64,000 bases of DNA from an uncultured Gemmatimonadales bacterium (GTDB lineage: Bacteria; Gemmatimonadota; Gemmatimonadetes; Longimicrobiales; RSA9): assembly GCA_963708135.1 (NCBI GenBank), contig OY970192.1, positions 4,256,001 to 4,320,000 of the forward strand. Direction: 5' to 3'. Shown here piece by piece: positions 41,482-51,626 of the stretch. The notes beneath the pieces were generated by a model. It was not told where the DNA came from and did no database searches. It saw only the letters and a list, made by a program, of their open reading frames with translations. How positions within the stretch are numbered: position 1 is the first letter of the stretch; each line of letters opens with the position of its first letter. A program made the translations under genes and the position numbers.

Positions 41482-41582
41482 GCGGCTTGCCCCCCTGGTA
41501 TCTCAACGTCCTCAGGCATCTCCCTCACCGGCGGTCCGCTGGAGTCCTTCATCGCGGGATAGGGCTGGAGGCCGTCGATCAT
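41472..41582 (-). pseudogene. Duplicated, degenerate hsdS 5' end (36-aa ORF)
   Basis: [28 protein letters not shown] versus hsdS [28 protein letters not shown]; 25 bp identical (41541-41565 = 38852-38876). Confidence 0.85.
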
Positions 41583-44500
41583 CGCCCGTTCACCTGCTCG
41601 AACCAGAGGATGGCCGCCTCTCCCTCCTTTCGCGTGATCTCGTCCACGCTGCGGCTGTGGCGGATGCCGTTGCGCAGGTCGGCGAGCTGACCGAAGCGCT
41701 TGACCAGCGTCTCCTTGTTGGCGAAGCGGCCCTCGAAGAGCGTCCAGAGCGCCTTGCTCGTGACGGTTCCCTCCAGCTCCCGCAGGTCAGCGTACTCGAG
41801 CTTGCCGGCGAGCGTCGTGTAGCGCTCGCTATCCAGCGCGGCGCTCTTCTTCGCCGCCGCCTGCAATCGCTCCTCGACCTTCTGCAGTACATGCGGAGGG
41901 AGCCGGCCGGGATCCCCGTCCAAGGCCTCGTCGATGCCTCGTCGGATGGCCAGTTCGACCGCTTCGATCCGCGCGTCTAGCTCCCGTAGCTGAGGCGGGA
42001 GGTCCAACCGTTCCTTCACCAGGAGGTCCTCGATCGCGTCCTGAAGCGTGCGCTGGCGCTCGGCGAGGAAGGCGTCGAAATCGTCCGTCGTGAAGGGGTC
42101 GCGCAGCAGGATCGCGAGGGCCGCCGGGGAGATGAAGTGCGACTCCAGCGTGGCGCGAACGCTCGCTTCACCGCTCGCTGCGATCAGCTCGGGCAGATAC
42201 TCGTTCGGCAGGCGGTCGCTGATGACCTTGCGGTTGGTGTCGGCGGTAAGCGGAGTGCGATTCAGGATCGTGTCGATGGCACCGCCGAGACGCTGCTGCT
42301 TGCCCCAGCTCTTGGGGACGATGTGGTGGTCGTCGAGATCCCCGTACTGGGGCACGTTGCCGGTCATCCAGTCGCGGGCGCCGCGCAGCACCAGCAGGTT
42401 GAAGATGCCGTTGTAGACCGAGGTGCCGCGCTTGGTCTCCCGCCGCAGATCCAGCGTCCTGAAGCGCGCCCGGAACTCGGCGATCAGGCCCGGTTCCGCG
42501 ACGTCGTTCTCGAACCACGCTTTCACGTCGAGGTAGTCGCGGGCGCTGGTGGACTCCACCGATCCCGAGTAGCGATTGGTGAAGACGCTGGCCCAGTACC
42601 AGTGACGGAGCTTGCGCTGCGCATCGAGCTGGCGTGTGGCAGGGAGCGCGCGCAGGGCGGCCTGGAGCGCCGCGAACGCCGGGAGGATCGACACATAGGG
42701 CAGGTACTGCGACGAGATGGCGCCGAACTCCTGGGGGTGGCGCAGCAGCGCGATCGCTCGCTCGACCGCTTCTACGGATTCCCTCCAGCGTCGCTCGAAG
42801 TCGGCTACGTCGGGGACCAGAACCTCCTTACGCAGCGATCCGTCCGGCTCGCGTACCTTCTTCTCCTGGCCGGGCAGCAGGTAGTAGAGGTACTTCGGCG
42901 AACAGTAGGCCTGGCGCAGGATGGACATCACCTGCAGCAGGTAGACGTTCATCCGCTCGGTCTCGACGAACTCGAGCCGTTGCGCGGCTTCGCGCCAAAG
43001 GTGCTTGAGCTGGAGGCCCTTGGGCTTGAGCAGCGCGTTCACCAGGTCGAAGACGTCAAGGCGGATCCCGCGGCTGTTGATCTGCGTGAAGATGTCGCAG
43101 ACCTTGTCGATCTCGAGGTCGCGGTCGAGCTCGATGTAGGCGACCTGGTACTGTTCGGTGATGGCCTTCAGGTGCTCGCCGAACGAGCGGGCATCGCGCG
43201 CGCGCAGTCCCGCCTCGCGGGCTGCCGCCTCATCACCGGCACTGCTCGCGGCCTGCTCCTTGTCGCGCCAGTGTTTCTCGTAGCCCTGCACCCAGTTCGG
43301 CAGCTCCCATCCGCCCTGGCCCACCACCGAAACCGGAAACATGTGGTTCTCGTACTGCGCGCTCTGATCGGCGAGCAGATTCAGCCCCCTGCGCGTCCAG
43401 TCGTACTCGAACGCCTCGTCGTACGCTTCCTCCATGAACCGATCGACCCGGATGAAATAGAGGAAGCGATTCGACCGGTTCGGGAGCGGCTCGTCTGGCG
43501 CGAGGAAGACGTAGTACCGCGCCACAGTGGTCATGATGCGTAAAGGCGGTGGAGCTTGGATCGCGCATTGGAGACAGTGAAACGCCAGGTGGTGGGAGCT
43601 CGGACGGCGTTGCGGGGGGTCTCCCAGGCGAGGGTCTCGGCCCGCAGCCGGTTGACGTTGTCAAGGCGGCGGTGCAGGCACTGGCGACCGAGGATCGAGA
43701 TCTCGATTTCGGCCATGTTGAGCCAGCTCCCGTGCTTGGGCGTGTAATGGAACTCGAGCTTGCGCAGGATACGGCGCGCTTCGGCGGCCTCGAAGGTCTC
43801 GTACAGGGCTGCGCCCGTGTGGCTGCTCAGGTTGTCGAGCACGACGCGGATCTTGTCGGCGTCCGCGCAATGCACGTCGACCAGTGCGCGCATCTGCTGG
43901 GCGAAGTCCGCATTCGTGCGACGGGCGGTGACGTCCACATGCCGCCAGCCTCGCAGCGGCTCCACGAGCAGGAAGAGGTTGGCGGTCCCGCGGCGCACGT
44001 ACTCGTAGTCGACGCGTTGGCGCCGACCCGGAGCGGCCGGCACCGGCAGGCGGGTTTCCCCGATGAGCTGGTAGGGCACTTCATCGAAGCACACCACCGG
44101 GCGCCGGGGGTCGTAGGGCTCCTGGTAGAGGTCGAGCACGTCCTCCATGCGGCAGACGAAGTCCCAACTCACCGTCGGGATGCACCACGCTTCCTTCTGC
44201 CAGGGCTTCAGGTCGTTTTTTTTAGAAGCCGTCGGACCGTCTCGTCCGTGATCGCGTCCACCACACGCAACTCGATCAGCTTGTCGGCCAGGAGCTGCAT
44301 GGTCCAGCGCACGCGCCCCTCCGGAGGCGCGCTGCACGCCAGCGCGACCAGGAAGGCTTCCTGCTTGCCGTCCAGCAGCCGGGCTTTGCCCGGCCGAGGC
44401 CGATCGTTGAGCGCCCGCTCCAAACCGCCCTCGACGAAGCGCAGCCGCGTGCGCTCCACCGTGCACTTCCCCAGGTGCAGCGCGGCCGCAATCGCCTTGT

Positions 44501-45015
44501 CGGTCACGCCCTCGTCGGCCAGCAACAGGATGCGCGCGCGGTTCACCCGGCGCACCCGCGCCTTGCCGCCCTGGAGCAGGCGCTTGAGTTCGGCCCGCTC
44601 GTCGTCCGTGAGGTCCACGATATACTTCTTGGCCATCTGCCCTCCTCGCTGGGGGTCCGACAGATGGGCCAACAATATAGCACGGAACTTTAGTCCTCAC
44701 AATCATGATGGCTGAGTAGTAGTACATCGCCGTCAGGCGCTGTTGCCCATCGAGGACGATGTGCACCGGGTCGCCGTCGCCGTGGTAGCCGTAGATCGCC
44801 TCGCAGGCGAGCGCGGCAAAGTTCTCGGGCTTCCCCTTCCAGAGCAGGAGGCTGCCGATGTAGTAGTCGAGGAAGATCGAGCGCAGCAGTTCCCGGATGT
44901 CCCACGGCTTCCACTCGAATTCGCGCTGGAAGTCGGGGATGACAAAACGCCCCTCGCGGAGCCGCCCGACCAGCGTGGTCAGGCTGACATGGTCGGGCTT
45001 CTGAGCATCCTTCAT
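41579..45015 (-). pseudogene. GmrSD-like DUF262/DUF1524 gene with C-terminal HEPN-like domain, interrupted by IS630
   Basis: IPDFQREFEW, LDGQQRLT, IFTQINSRG, DDHHIVPKS..LN..N, RNGIRH. Removing the IS and one TA restores a 742-aa frame (..AMYYVFLAPD..). Confidence 0.88.
43514..44719 (-). mobile_element. IS630-family insertion sequence, copy 2 (1206 bp); transposase 44636-43531
   Basis: Near-identical to 9252-10458 in inverted orientation; TA at 43512-13 and 44720-21. Confidence 0.93.
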
Positions 45016-46994
45016 CCCCGCGCCCCCCCGATGATCTCGCCGAGCAGCCCCTCGGTCTCCTTCTCCAGCGCCAGGATGTCCGCCCGGATCTCCTCCAGCG
45101 TGCGCAGCGGCTGCGGCTTGTAGAAGTAGCGGGTGAAGCTGATCTCGTAGCCGGTCTTGACGCTGCCCTCCACGTACCAGGCGTCGGCGGCGTGGGGCAG
45201 GACCTCGCGGCGCAGGAAGGCCTCGATGCCGCCCTCTTCGAGCAGCGGCACCTGCTCGGTTTCGCGCAGATCGGAGTCGGACTCGTATTCGATCACGGCG
45301 GGCTTGCCGCCGATGGTGGCTTCGAACAGGCCGCGCAGCGGATCGGCCGCGGTGCCCCTCTTGTGGATCTTCTTGATGACCGGCGGCGCGTCGTCGGCGC
45401 GCTCGGCCGTCTCCTTGAGCGCCTTGATCTCCTTGGCCGTGTACGCGCGCTCGGGGTCGGCGCCCACGAGCCGCAGCGGGCGCTCGACGGTGACCTTCCA
45501 GTAGCCGAAGGCGGCGTTCGGGAAGATCTTCGACTGCTCGGTCTCCTCGAAGGCGAGGAACGTGTCGCAGATGCGCGCGATGTCCTCGCCGGAGAGCTCG
45601 CAGTTCTTCTTGCCGAGGTTCTTGCGCAGCGGCTTGAACCACTTCGTGGCGTCGATGAGCTGCACCTTGCCCTTGCGGGGCGCCGGCTTGCGGTTCGACA
45701 GCACCCAGATGTAGGTGGCGATGCCGGTGTTGTAGAACATGTTGAGCGGCAGGGCGACGATGGCCTCGAGCCAGTCGTTCTCGATGATCCAGCGACGGAT
45801 GTTGCTCTCGCCCTGGCCGGCGTCGCCGGTGAAGAGCGAGCTGCCGTTGTGCACCTCGGCGATGCGGCTGCCGAGGGCGGTGGCGTGCTTCATCTTGGAG
45901 AGCATGTTGGCCAGGAAGAGCATCTGGCCGTCGCTCGAGCGGGTGACGAGGGAGTACTCCGGGTCGCCCGCGTGCTCGATCAGGAAGCGCGGGTCCTTGA
46001 GGCCGCCCTTGCCGCCCATGCGCTCGAGGTCGGTCTTCCAGCTCTTGCCGTAGGGCGGGTTCGAGAGCATGAAGTCGAACTCGCGCGAGGAAAACGCGTC
46101 GTTCGCGAGCGTCGAGTGCTCCGGGCCGCCGACGATGTTGTCCGCCGCGTCACCTTCGCCCTTGAGCAGGAGGTCGGCCTTGCAGATCGCGTAGGTCTCG
46201 GCGTTGATCTCCTGGCCGTAGAGGTGGGTCGCGACCTCCTTGCCGTGCTCCCGGGCGAGCTCCTGGAGCGTCTCCTCCGCGACCGTGAGCATGCCGCCTG
46301 TCCCGCAAGCGCCGTCGTAGAGCAGGTAGGTACCCGACTCGATCTGGTCGGCGATGGGCAGGAAGATCAGCTTCGCCATGAGCCGCACCGCGTCGCGCGG
46401 CGTCCAGTGCTCGCCGGCCTCCTCGTTGTTCTCCTCGTTGAAGCGCCGGACCAGCTCCTCGAACACCGTGCCCATGCCGTGGTTGTCGAGGCCGGGGTGC
46501 TTCACCGAGCCGTCGCCGTGCCGCACCGGGTTCGGGCTCAGGTTGATGTCGGCCGAGAGGAGCTTCTCGATCAGCGTGCCGAGCGCGTCAGCCTTGGACA
46601 GGCGCGGGATCTGGTTGCGGAACTCGAAATTCTCGAGGATGTCCTCGACATTGGGTGAGAAGCCGTCGAGGTACGCCTCGAAGTCGGCCTTGAGCTGCTG
46701 CTGGCTTGCGCGGGCCCGGAGGTCGCGCAGCGTGAACTTCGAGGTGTTGTAGAACGCCTGGCCGGCGGCCTGACGCAGGGCCTGGTCCTGGTTGGTGATC
46801 CTGGCCTGGTCGAGCGAGGCCTTCATGTCGAGGACGGCCTGCTTCGTCGGCTCGAGCACGGCGTCGAGACGGCGCAGGACGGTCATGGGGAGGATCACGT
46901 CGCGGTACTTGCCCCGGACGTAGAGGTCGCGGAGCACGTCGTCGGCGATGCCCCAGATGAAGTTGGCGATCCAATTGAGGTCGGATGAGTTCAT
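45012..46994 (-). CDS. hsdM: Type I R-M methyltransferase subunit
   Basis: FIWGIADD.LR, AGEHWTPR, YDGACGTGG, NPPY, MFYNTGIATY. Confidence 0.95.
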   Translation of the reverse strand: MNSSDLNWIANFIWGIADDVLRDLYVRGKYRDVILPMTVLRRLDAVLEPTKQAVLDMKASLDQARITNQDQALRQAAGQAFYNTSKFTLRDLRARASQQQLKADFEAYLDGFSPNVEDILENFEFRNQIPRLSKADALGTLIEKLLSADINLSPNPVRHGDGSVKHPGLDNHGMGTVFEELVRRFNEENNEEAGEHWTPRDAVRLMAKLIFLPIADQIESGTYLLYDGACGTGGMLTVAEETLQELAREHGKEVATHLYGQEINAETYAICKADLLLKGEGDAADNIVGGPEHSTLANDAFSSREFDFMLSNPPYGKSWKTDLERMGGKGGLKDPRFLIEHAGDPEYSLVTRSSDGQMLFLANMLSKMKHATALGSRIAEVHNGSSLFTGDAGQGESNIRRWIIENDWLEAIVALPLNMFYNTGIATYIWVLSNRKPAPRKGKVQLIDATKWFKPLRKNLGKKNCELSGEDIARICDTFLAFEETEQSKIFPNAAFGYWKVTVERPLRLVGADPERAYTAKEIKALKETAERADDAPPVIKKIHKRGTAADPLRGLFEATIGGKPAVIEYESDSDLRETEQVPLLEEGGIEAFLRREVLPHAADAWYVEGSVKTGYEISFTRYFYKPQPLRTLEEIRADILALEKETEGLLGEIIGGARG

Positions 46995-47324
46995 GCAATA
47001 TCGGTTCAGTGGTTGTGCATCAATGATGAGAGCGAGGTTCGACTCCAACGAATTTCGTGTCCGATGCATGTGAACGCGGGAAAGCGAGCTCGCTCAATCC
47101 ACGCCGCGCCACTTCTCCGAGCGCGAAGCCCGCAACCTTGCGGATCAGTCGCACGAATCTATGAATCTGAGGAGACCGGTTCGCCGGGATGCGAGAGGGT
47201 AACCTGGTCCGTGCGCTCGGTTTCGAGCTTGAGCGCGCTTGGTACGACTGGCACAGGCCTCCAAATGCGCCACGTGGGACTGGTTCCGGAGGCGCGGCCG
47301 CCCGCGCTGCAGGCCGGTCCTGAC

Positions 47325-48404
47325 CTACCCCCCAGGGACGGCACTGCCGGCAAGGGCGCCCCACGGGCTGGAGCGTCGTGCACCGGAGTGCGCCACCAAG
47401 CGGTCGAGCGTATGCGTTAAGAGCTTGCCCAGGTCCCCGTCGAGCATAGACGCGACGCGAGTCTCGCCCGGCTGATCCGGCTCGAACGCAGGATCGTGTT
47501 CGACCGCCTGCACCAGGCCGTTATAGGCTTCCCAAGCGGTGTAGGCACCGGCGTGGCCCTCGCCTTCGGTCCATAGCCGCCGGACCTCCGTCCGCCGTCG
47601 CAAGGCGCGCTCGACCGCCGTCGCACCCAACGACCGATCTGGCTCGGGCGCTGTTGGATCAAGAACGAGCCTATCGAACTCCGTCTCCGTGAGACGGCAG
47701 CTTCTGAGCAACTCGAAGTCTGCCGCCAGCCGCCCGTACCGCTGCACGATAGCGGCGAACAAGGTCCGGGCCGCTTCCACGATCCGCAGCTCTGCGCCGC
47801 GGCTATGCGAGACTGAGAAGCGGCGGCCTCGGTGTGCGTCGATCAAGTGCTCAGCGAGGGTGAGGGTATTTCCGCACACGACGCGAATCGGGGTCTCTGC
47901 GATGATCGCATCGCGGCGTCCGGAGTGGTTGTTCGCGAAGAGAACGTAGGGGAGAATTTCGTCCCGGAACGCGTCCTGGACTGGCTGCGTCATCTGGCTC
48001 GCGGTGACCCGAGCGAGGAGCCATGCGTCCGCGCCGCCCCGCAGTGCGCCGCCCGTTTCCAATGCCAGGATGTCGGCGTCGAGCAATGGCTGGAGGACTG
48101 CGAACGCATCGAGATTCTGAAGCGGGTGGTAGCTCTCCCCGACAACGCCTAGCACGGTCTGTCGATCGCTGCGAATCGTGACGAAGCTCCCTGCGGTGTC
48201 ATGGCGGAGCACCGGCCCTGGGCCGACGGCACGTGTCGGCGCTACGGCGCGCTTCTCGACGGTGTAAGCGAGGCCACCCCGGGCGAGCGCCATTTCAAGC
48301 GATGGCGGTTCATCCAATGTGACTCCTTCACGGTGCCAAGCCGGTTTCCGCACCGTGAATACGGAAGCCCTTCCATCTCTGTTCCGGTCGAGTTCAGCAG
48401 GCAT
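47325..48404 (-). CDS. DUF932 phage/plasmid-like protein
   Basis: PAWH..G, LGVVG..Y..LQN.DAF, ETGGAL.GG, PIRVVCGNT, TAWEAYNG. Confidence 0.8.
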   Translation of the reverse strand: MPAELDRNRDGRASVFTVRKPAWHREGVTLDEPPSLEMALARGGLAYTVEKRAVAPTRAVGPGPVLRHDTAGSFVTIRSDRQTVLGVVGESYHPLQNLDAFAVLQPLLDADILALETGGALRGGADAWLLARVTASQMTQPVQDAFRDEILPYVLFANNHSGRRDAIIAETPIRVVCGNTLTLAEHLIDAHRGRRFSVSHSRGAELRIVEAARTLFAAIVQRYGRLAADFELLRSCRLTETEFDRLVLDPTAPEPDRSLGATAVERALRRRTEVRRLWTEGEGHAGAYTAWEAYNGLVQAVEHDPAFEPDQPGETRVASMLDGDLGKLLTHTLDRLVAHSGARRSSPWGALAGSAVPGG

Positions 48405-48499
48405 ATGCCCCTCCGCGCGTACGCCGACCCGGGAGATCCGAGCGCCGTGAACGCCAATATGCCCCGCCCGAGCCCTGGGCTGCAATCGTTCTCGCTCGT

Positions 48500-49036
48500 T
48501 CAGCTCAGTTGATCCGGTCCCCCCACCCCCGCCCACCTCCTCCCCCACCGCACCCTCCCCCCGAACGCCCGCGGCGGCGGGGCGGTCCCGGTCAGCGCCG
48601 CCTCCGCCCGGTCCATCAGGTCCTCCATCATCGCGTCGTGCACCGGCTTCCACACGAGCGGCCAGCTCAGCCGCGCCCTGCCGGTCGGCGTCATGGCGAG
48701 TGCGTGGCGGAGACGGGTGCGGCCCGGGCCGGCGCGCTCGACCACGAGTTCGTGGACGCCGTTCCAGCCGGGGGGCGCGGTGAAGCGGAAGCGGACGGAG
48801 CGGCCGGGCTCGTGGGCGACGACGTGGTAGCGGATGGGGCCGTGGCCGCCCCTGGCGCCCATGGAGAGGGGTTTGTCGAGCTGGAGCGGCGGCCAGCGGT
48901 CGCCCGGCCAGAGCGGGTCGGCCTCGGAGCCCAGGCGCTCGAGCAGGGCGCCGACGTCGTCCAGGGAGGCGGCGAAGGTGCGCTCGTGGGCGACGAAGAC
49001 GGAGGGGCCCTTCGACCCCGCGAGCCCCATGACCAC
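48500..49036 (-). CDS. SRPBCC-like hypothetical protein
   Basis: HER, DPLWP..WPP, GGHGPIRY, PVHDAMMEDL. Confidence 0.6.
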   Translation of the reverse strand: MVMGLAGSKGPSVFVAHERTFAASLDDVGALLERLGSEADPLWPGDRWPPLQLDKPLSMGARGGHGPIRYHVVAHEPGRSVRFRFTAPPGWNGVHELVVERAGPGRTRLRHALAMTPTGRARLSWPLVWKPVHDAMMEDLMDRAEAALTGTAPPPRAFGGRVRWGRRWAGVGGPDQLS

Positions 49037-49042
49037 GGCGCC

Positions 49043-49558
49043 TCAGCTCTCGCCGCGGATGGCCTTGGTCAGCGCGGGCGTGTGGCCGAGCAGGCGCACG
49101 GTGAGGGCGATCTGGCCGCGGTGGTAATCCTCGTGGCTGAGGCCGTGGTGCATCCAGCTGAGCCGCGTCGCCTGCTCGCCGTTGAACTGGCGGATCCACT
49201 GCATCATGTGGAGCTCGCCGGCGGCGCGAAGGGCCGCGTCGCCTTCCTCGTGCGTTGTCTTCAGCAAGGCGACGAGGTCCGCCTTCGTCTTCGACGCGCC
49301 CGACTGCCCGCCGTGCTCGGCCAGGAGCTCGGGGTAGGGCTTGCGCGTGAAGTCGCCGTCCGGGCGGCTGAGCTCGCCGGCCATGAGGCGGCCGCCCTCG
49401 ACCACGTGGAGCGCCAGGTCGCGCACGCTGCGCTGCGCCTCGCCCGGCCGCCGGTCGAGGTCCTCCTCCGGCAGGTTCTCGACCTCCGCGATCACGCCCT
49501 CGCGGGTGTAGCGCCAGTAGTTCAGCAGCTCCTCGAAGAACGTCTTTCCCTGTGGCAT
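49043..49558 (-). CDS. DinB/YfiT four-helix family protein
   Basis: SVRDLALHV, HEDYHRGQI. Confidence 0.85.
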   Translation of the reverse strand: MPQGKTFFEELLNYWRYTREGVIAEVENLPEEDLDRRPGEAQRSVRDLALHVVEGGRLMAGELSRPDGDFTRKPYPELLAEHGGQSGASKTKADLVALLKTTHEEGDAALRAAGELHMMQWIRQFNGEQATRLSWMHHGLSHEDYHRGQIALTVRLLGHTPALTKAIRGES

Positions 49559-49635
49559 ACGGTTCCCCCTGTTGAGATCGCGCCGTGAATTGTACGACGC
49601 GCCCAGGCGCCGAGGCCACCCTCGCGGGGGCCAAC

Positions 49636-49683
49636 TTGACGGACTCTCTGCGGCATGCGCATACTTCATGATCAATATGCGCA
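49636..49683 (+). promoter_or_regulatory. Putative TA promoter with inverted-repeat operator
   Basis: TTGACG at 49636; TGCGCATA-12-TATGCGCA (49656-49683). Confidence 0.5.
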
Positions 49684-49686
49684 CAC

Positions 49687-49953
49687 ATGCAGGAGATGTC
49701 CCGTATGGCCAAGCGGAGCAAGAACCTGTCGCTGGACCCCGAGGCGGTTCGCCGGGGGGAGCGCTACGCTCAGGAGCACGACACCAACGTGTCGCAGCTC
49801 GTGAACAACTTTCTCGCGTCGCTGCCGATGGATGAGGAGCTGGCGAACGCGGCGCTGACGCCGACGGTGCGCCGGATGCTGGGTGTGGCGGAGGGCGGGA
49901 GAGGTGTCGAGGAATACCACGAACACCTCGTCGAGAAGTACGGCCGCGGATGA
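49687..49953 (+). CDS. Antitoxin (DUF6364-like ribbon-helix-helix)
   Basis: NLSLD..YA..TNVSQLVNNFL..EYHEHLVEKY; ATGA overlap with the PIN gene. Confidence 0.8.
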   Translation: MQEMSRMAKRSKNLSLDPEAVRRGERYAQEHDTNVSQLVNNFLASLPMDEELANAALTPTVRRMLGVAEGGRGVEEYHEHLVEKYGRG

Positions 49954-50369
49954 AGCTGCTTCTGGACATCAACGTCGTCCTCGACGTGCCGCTGGGGCGC
50001 GCGCCGTGGGTCGCCGAAGCCGCCGAACTGCTCTCTGCCATCGAGCGGGGGCAGGCGGTCGGATTCGTGGCCGCGCACACGGTGACGACGTACCACTACA
50101 TCGTCGCAAGGGCCGCCGGCCGCGAAGTGGCGGTGGCCGCGACGGGAGATCTTCTGCGCCTGGTGCAGGTGGTGCCGATCGGGGCGGGCGAGTTCCGGGA
50201 GGCACTGGCGCTCGGGCTCGACGACTTCGAGGATGCTGTGCAGGCGGTGGCCGCGCTCAGGGCGGGAGCCGATTACCTGGTCACGCGCAACGCCCGTGAC
50301 TTCCGGGGAACGGCAACACCCCTGCGTAGCGCCGGAGAGGTCCTCGCGCTTCTCCAGTCCCATCCGTAG
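49950..50369 (+). CDS. PIN domain toxin (VapC-like)
   Basis: LLDINVVLD, DFEDAVQ, LVTRNARDF. Confidence 0.88.
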   Translation: MKLLLDINVVLDVPLGRAPWVAEAAELLSAIERGQAVGFVAAHTVTTYHYIVARAAGREVAVAATGDLLRLVQVVPIGAGEFREALALGLDDFEDAVQAVAALRAGADYLVTRNARDFRGTATPLRSAGEVLALLQSHP

Positions 50370-50397
50370 ACGCTTCCCCAACAAATCCGAATCGGGA

Positions 50398-50578
50398 GCG
50401 AGCGAAATCGGGAATTGGAGGGTCGCATCCGCGGCGGGACCCCATTTCTTGCTCGGTTTCCGGGATAGAGGGCGCACTGGCCGCTTCAATGCGACGTCGC
50501 GAACGCGATTTCGCTCGATCTCCGGGATGAATGGGGATTCGGAGGCGCCGGGGTTCGCCCAGTGCGCGATTCTGCTCG
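50398..50578. repeat. Dispersed ~180 bp intergenic element, copy A
   Basis: Colinear similarity to 59683-59862. Confidence 0.7.
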
Positions 50579-50744
50579 CGCCGCGGCGGCCGGGTCGGGC
50601 GCCGGCCACGGCCCCGGCTCCTCGTCGCCTCTGGCCTCAGCCCGGAATCGGCGCTATGCTGGCTCTCGGCCGCCACCCCTCGGCGTCCACGCATTCGCCC
50701 GGGGCCACGCCCCGGCCCTGCCACGCCTTCCCGGAGCTGCCGCA

Positions 50745-51626
50745 ATGTCGCGCACCCTCCTGCTGTCCCTTGCCGTCACGCTCGCCCTTCCGACCGCGCT
50801 CCGTGCCCAGGCCCAGTGGCTGCCGCCGACGGAGGGCGCCTCCTTCTCGCTCGAGTACGTCCACCCGCACGTGCCGGAGCAGCGGGGCTTCAGCTTCGGG
50901 CTGGACCATCCGTGGATCCAGGGGGCGGTCTTCCTGGGCGCGGTGGTGCCGGTCGCGAAGCGGGTGCGGGCCGTCGGGGAGCTGCCGCTCGGCGTCGCCA
51001 TCGGCAGGGACAACCCCTGCCTGGACGCGGACTGCACCGGGTTCCATCACGCGACGTTCCTCGGCAACCCCTACCTGGGCGCCGAGGTCGAGCTGGCGGG
51101 GCCCCTGCTGCGCTGGACGGCGGGCATCCGGCCGCCAGTCCAGTCGGTTGCCATCGGCAACAATGATGTCGGCTACTACGATCGGATCGCGCTGCTGCCG
51201 GCGTTGTACGCGGCGAGCAACGATCGGTTCAACGCGTTCTGGAAGGGGCTGACGTCGCTCGAGACGGGTCTCGAGGTGCGGCCGCGGCTGCCCGCGGGGA
51301 ACGAGCTCCGCCTGCACGCGACCGGCGTGCTGGTCCACGACCGCTACGCCGCCGCGCCGTACGAGAAGACCAATCACGCCGAGTGGCGCGGCGGCGCGCA
51401 GATCTGGCACACGAGCGAGCCCCTCGTGCTGACCGCCGGGGTCAGTGCGCTGAACGCCCCGAGCTACCCCCACCGCACCACGGAGTACGAGTGGGGCGCG
51501 GGCTTCGGCTTCCACATCGGCGGCTGGCTGCCACTGGTCGAGGTGCGGATCCCGAGCCGGGTGTCCGGCGGCAGCCGGACGGACTGGTACACGCTCGAGC
51601 TGGCCGTGCAGTACCGGCCGCGGTAG
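50745..51626 (+). CDS. Hypothetical exported, probable outer-membrane protein
   Basis: Signal peptide; alternating beta-strand pattern; C-terminal YTLELAVQY. Confidence 0.7.
   Translation: MSRTLLLSLAVTLALPTALRAQAQWLPPTEGASFSLEYVHPHVPEQRGFSFGLDHPWIQGAVFLGAVVPVAKRVRAVGELPLGVAIGRDNPCLDADCTGFHHATFLGNPYLGAEVELAGPLLRWTAGIRPPVQSVAIGNNDVGYYDRIALLPALYAASNDRFNAFWKGLTSLETGLEVRPRLPAGNELRLHATGVLVHDRYAAAPYEKTNHAEWRGGAQIWHTSEPLVLTAGVSALNAPSYPHRTTEYEWGAGFGFHIGGWLPLVEVRIPSRVSGGSRTDWYTLELAVQYRPR

Noticed and set aside
49043..49558. DinB-family gene as a second DNA polymerase IV
   Set aside because: It is the unrelated DinB/YfiT helical family; the polymerase is at 62576-63778.
47325..49721. 798-aa ORF
   Set aside because: An open frame running over the SRPBCC-like and DinB-family genes; only the DUF932 part from 48404 is credible.
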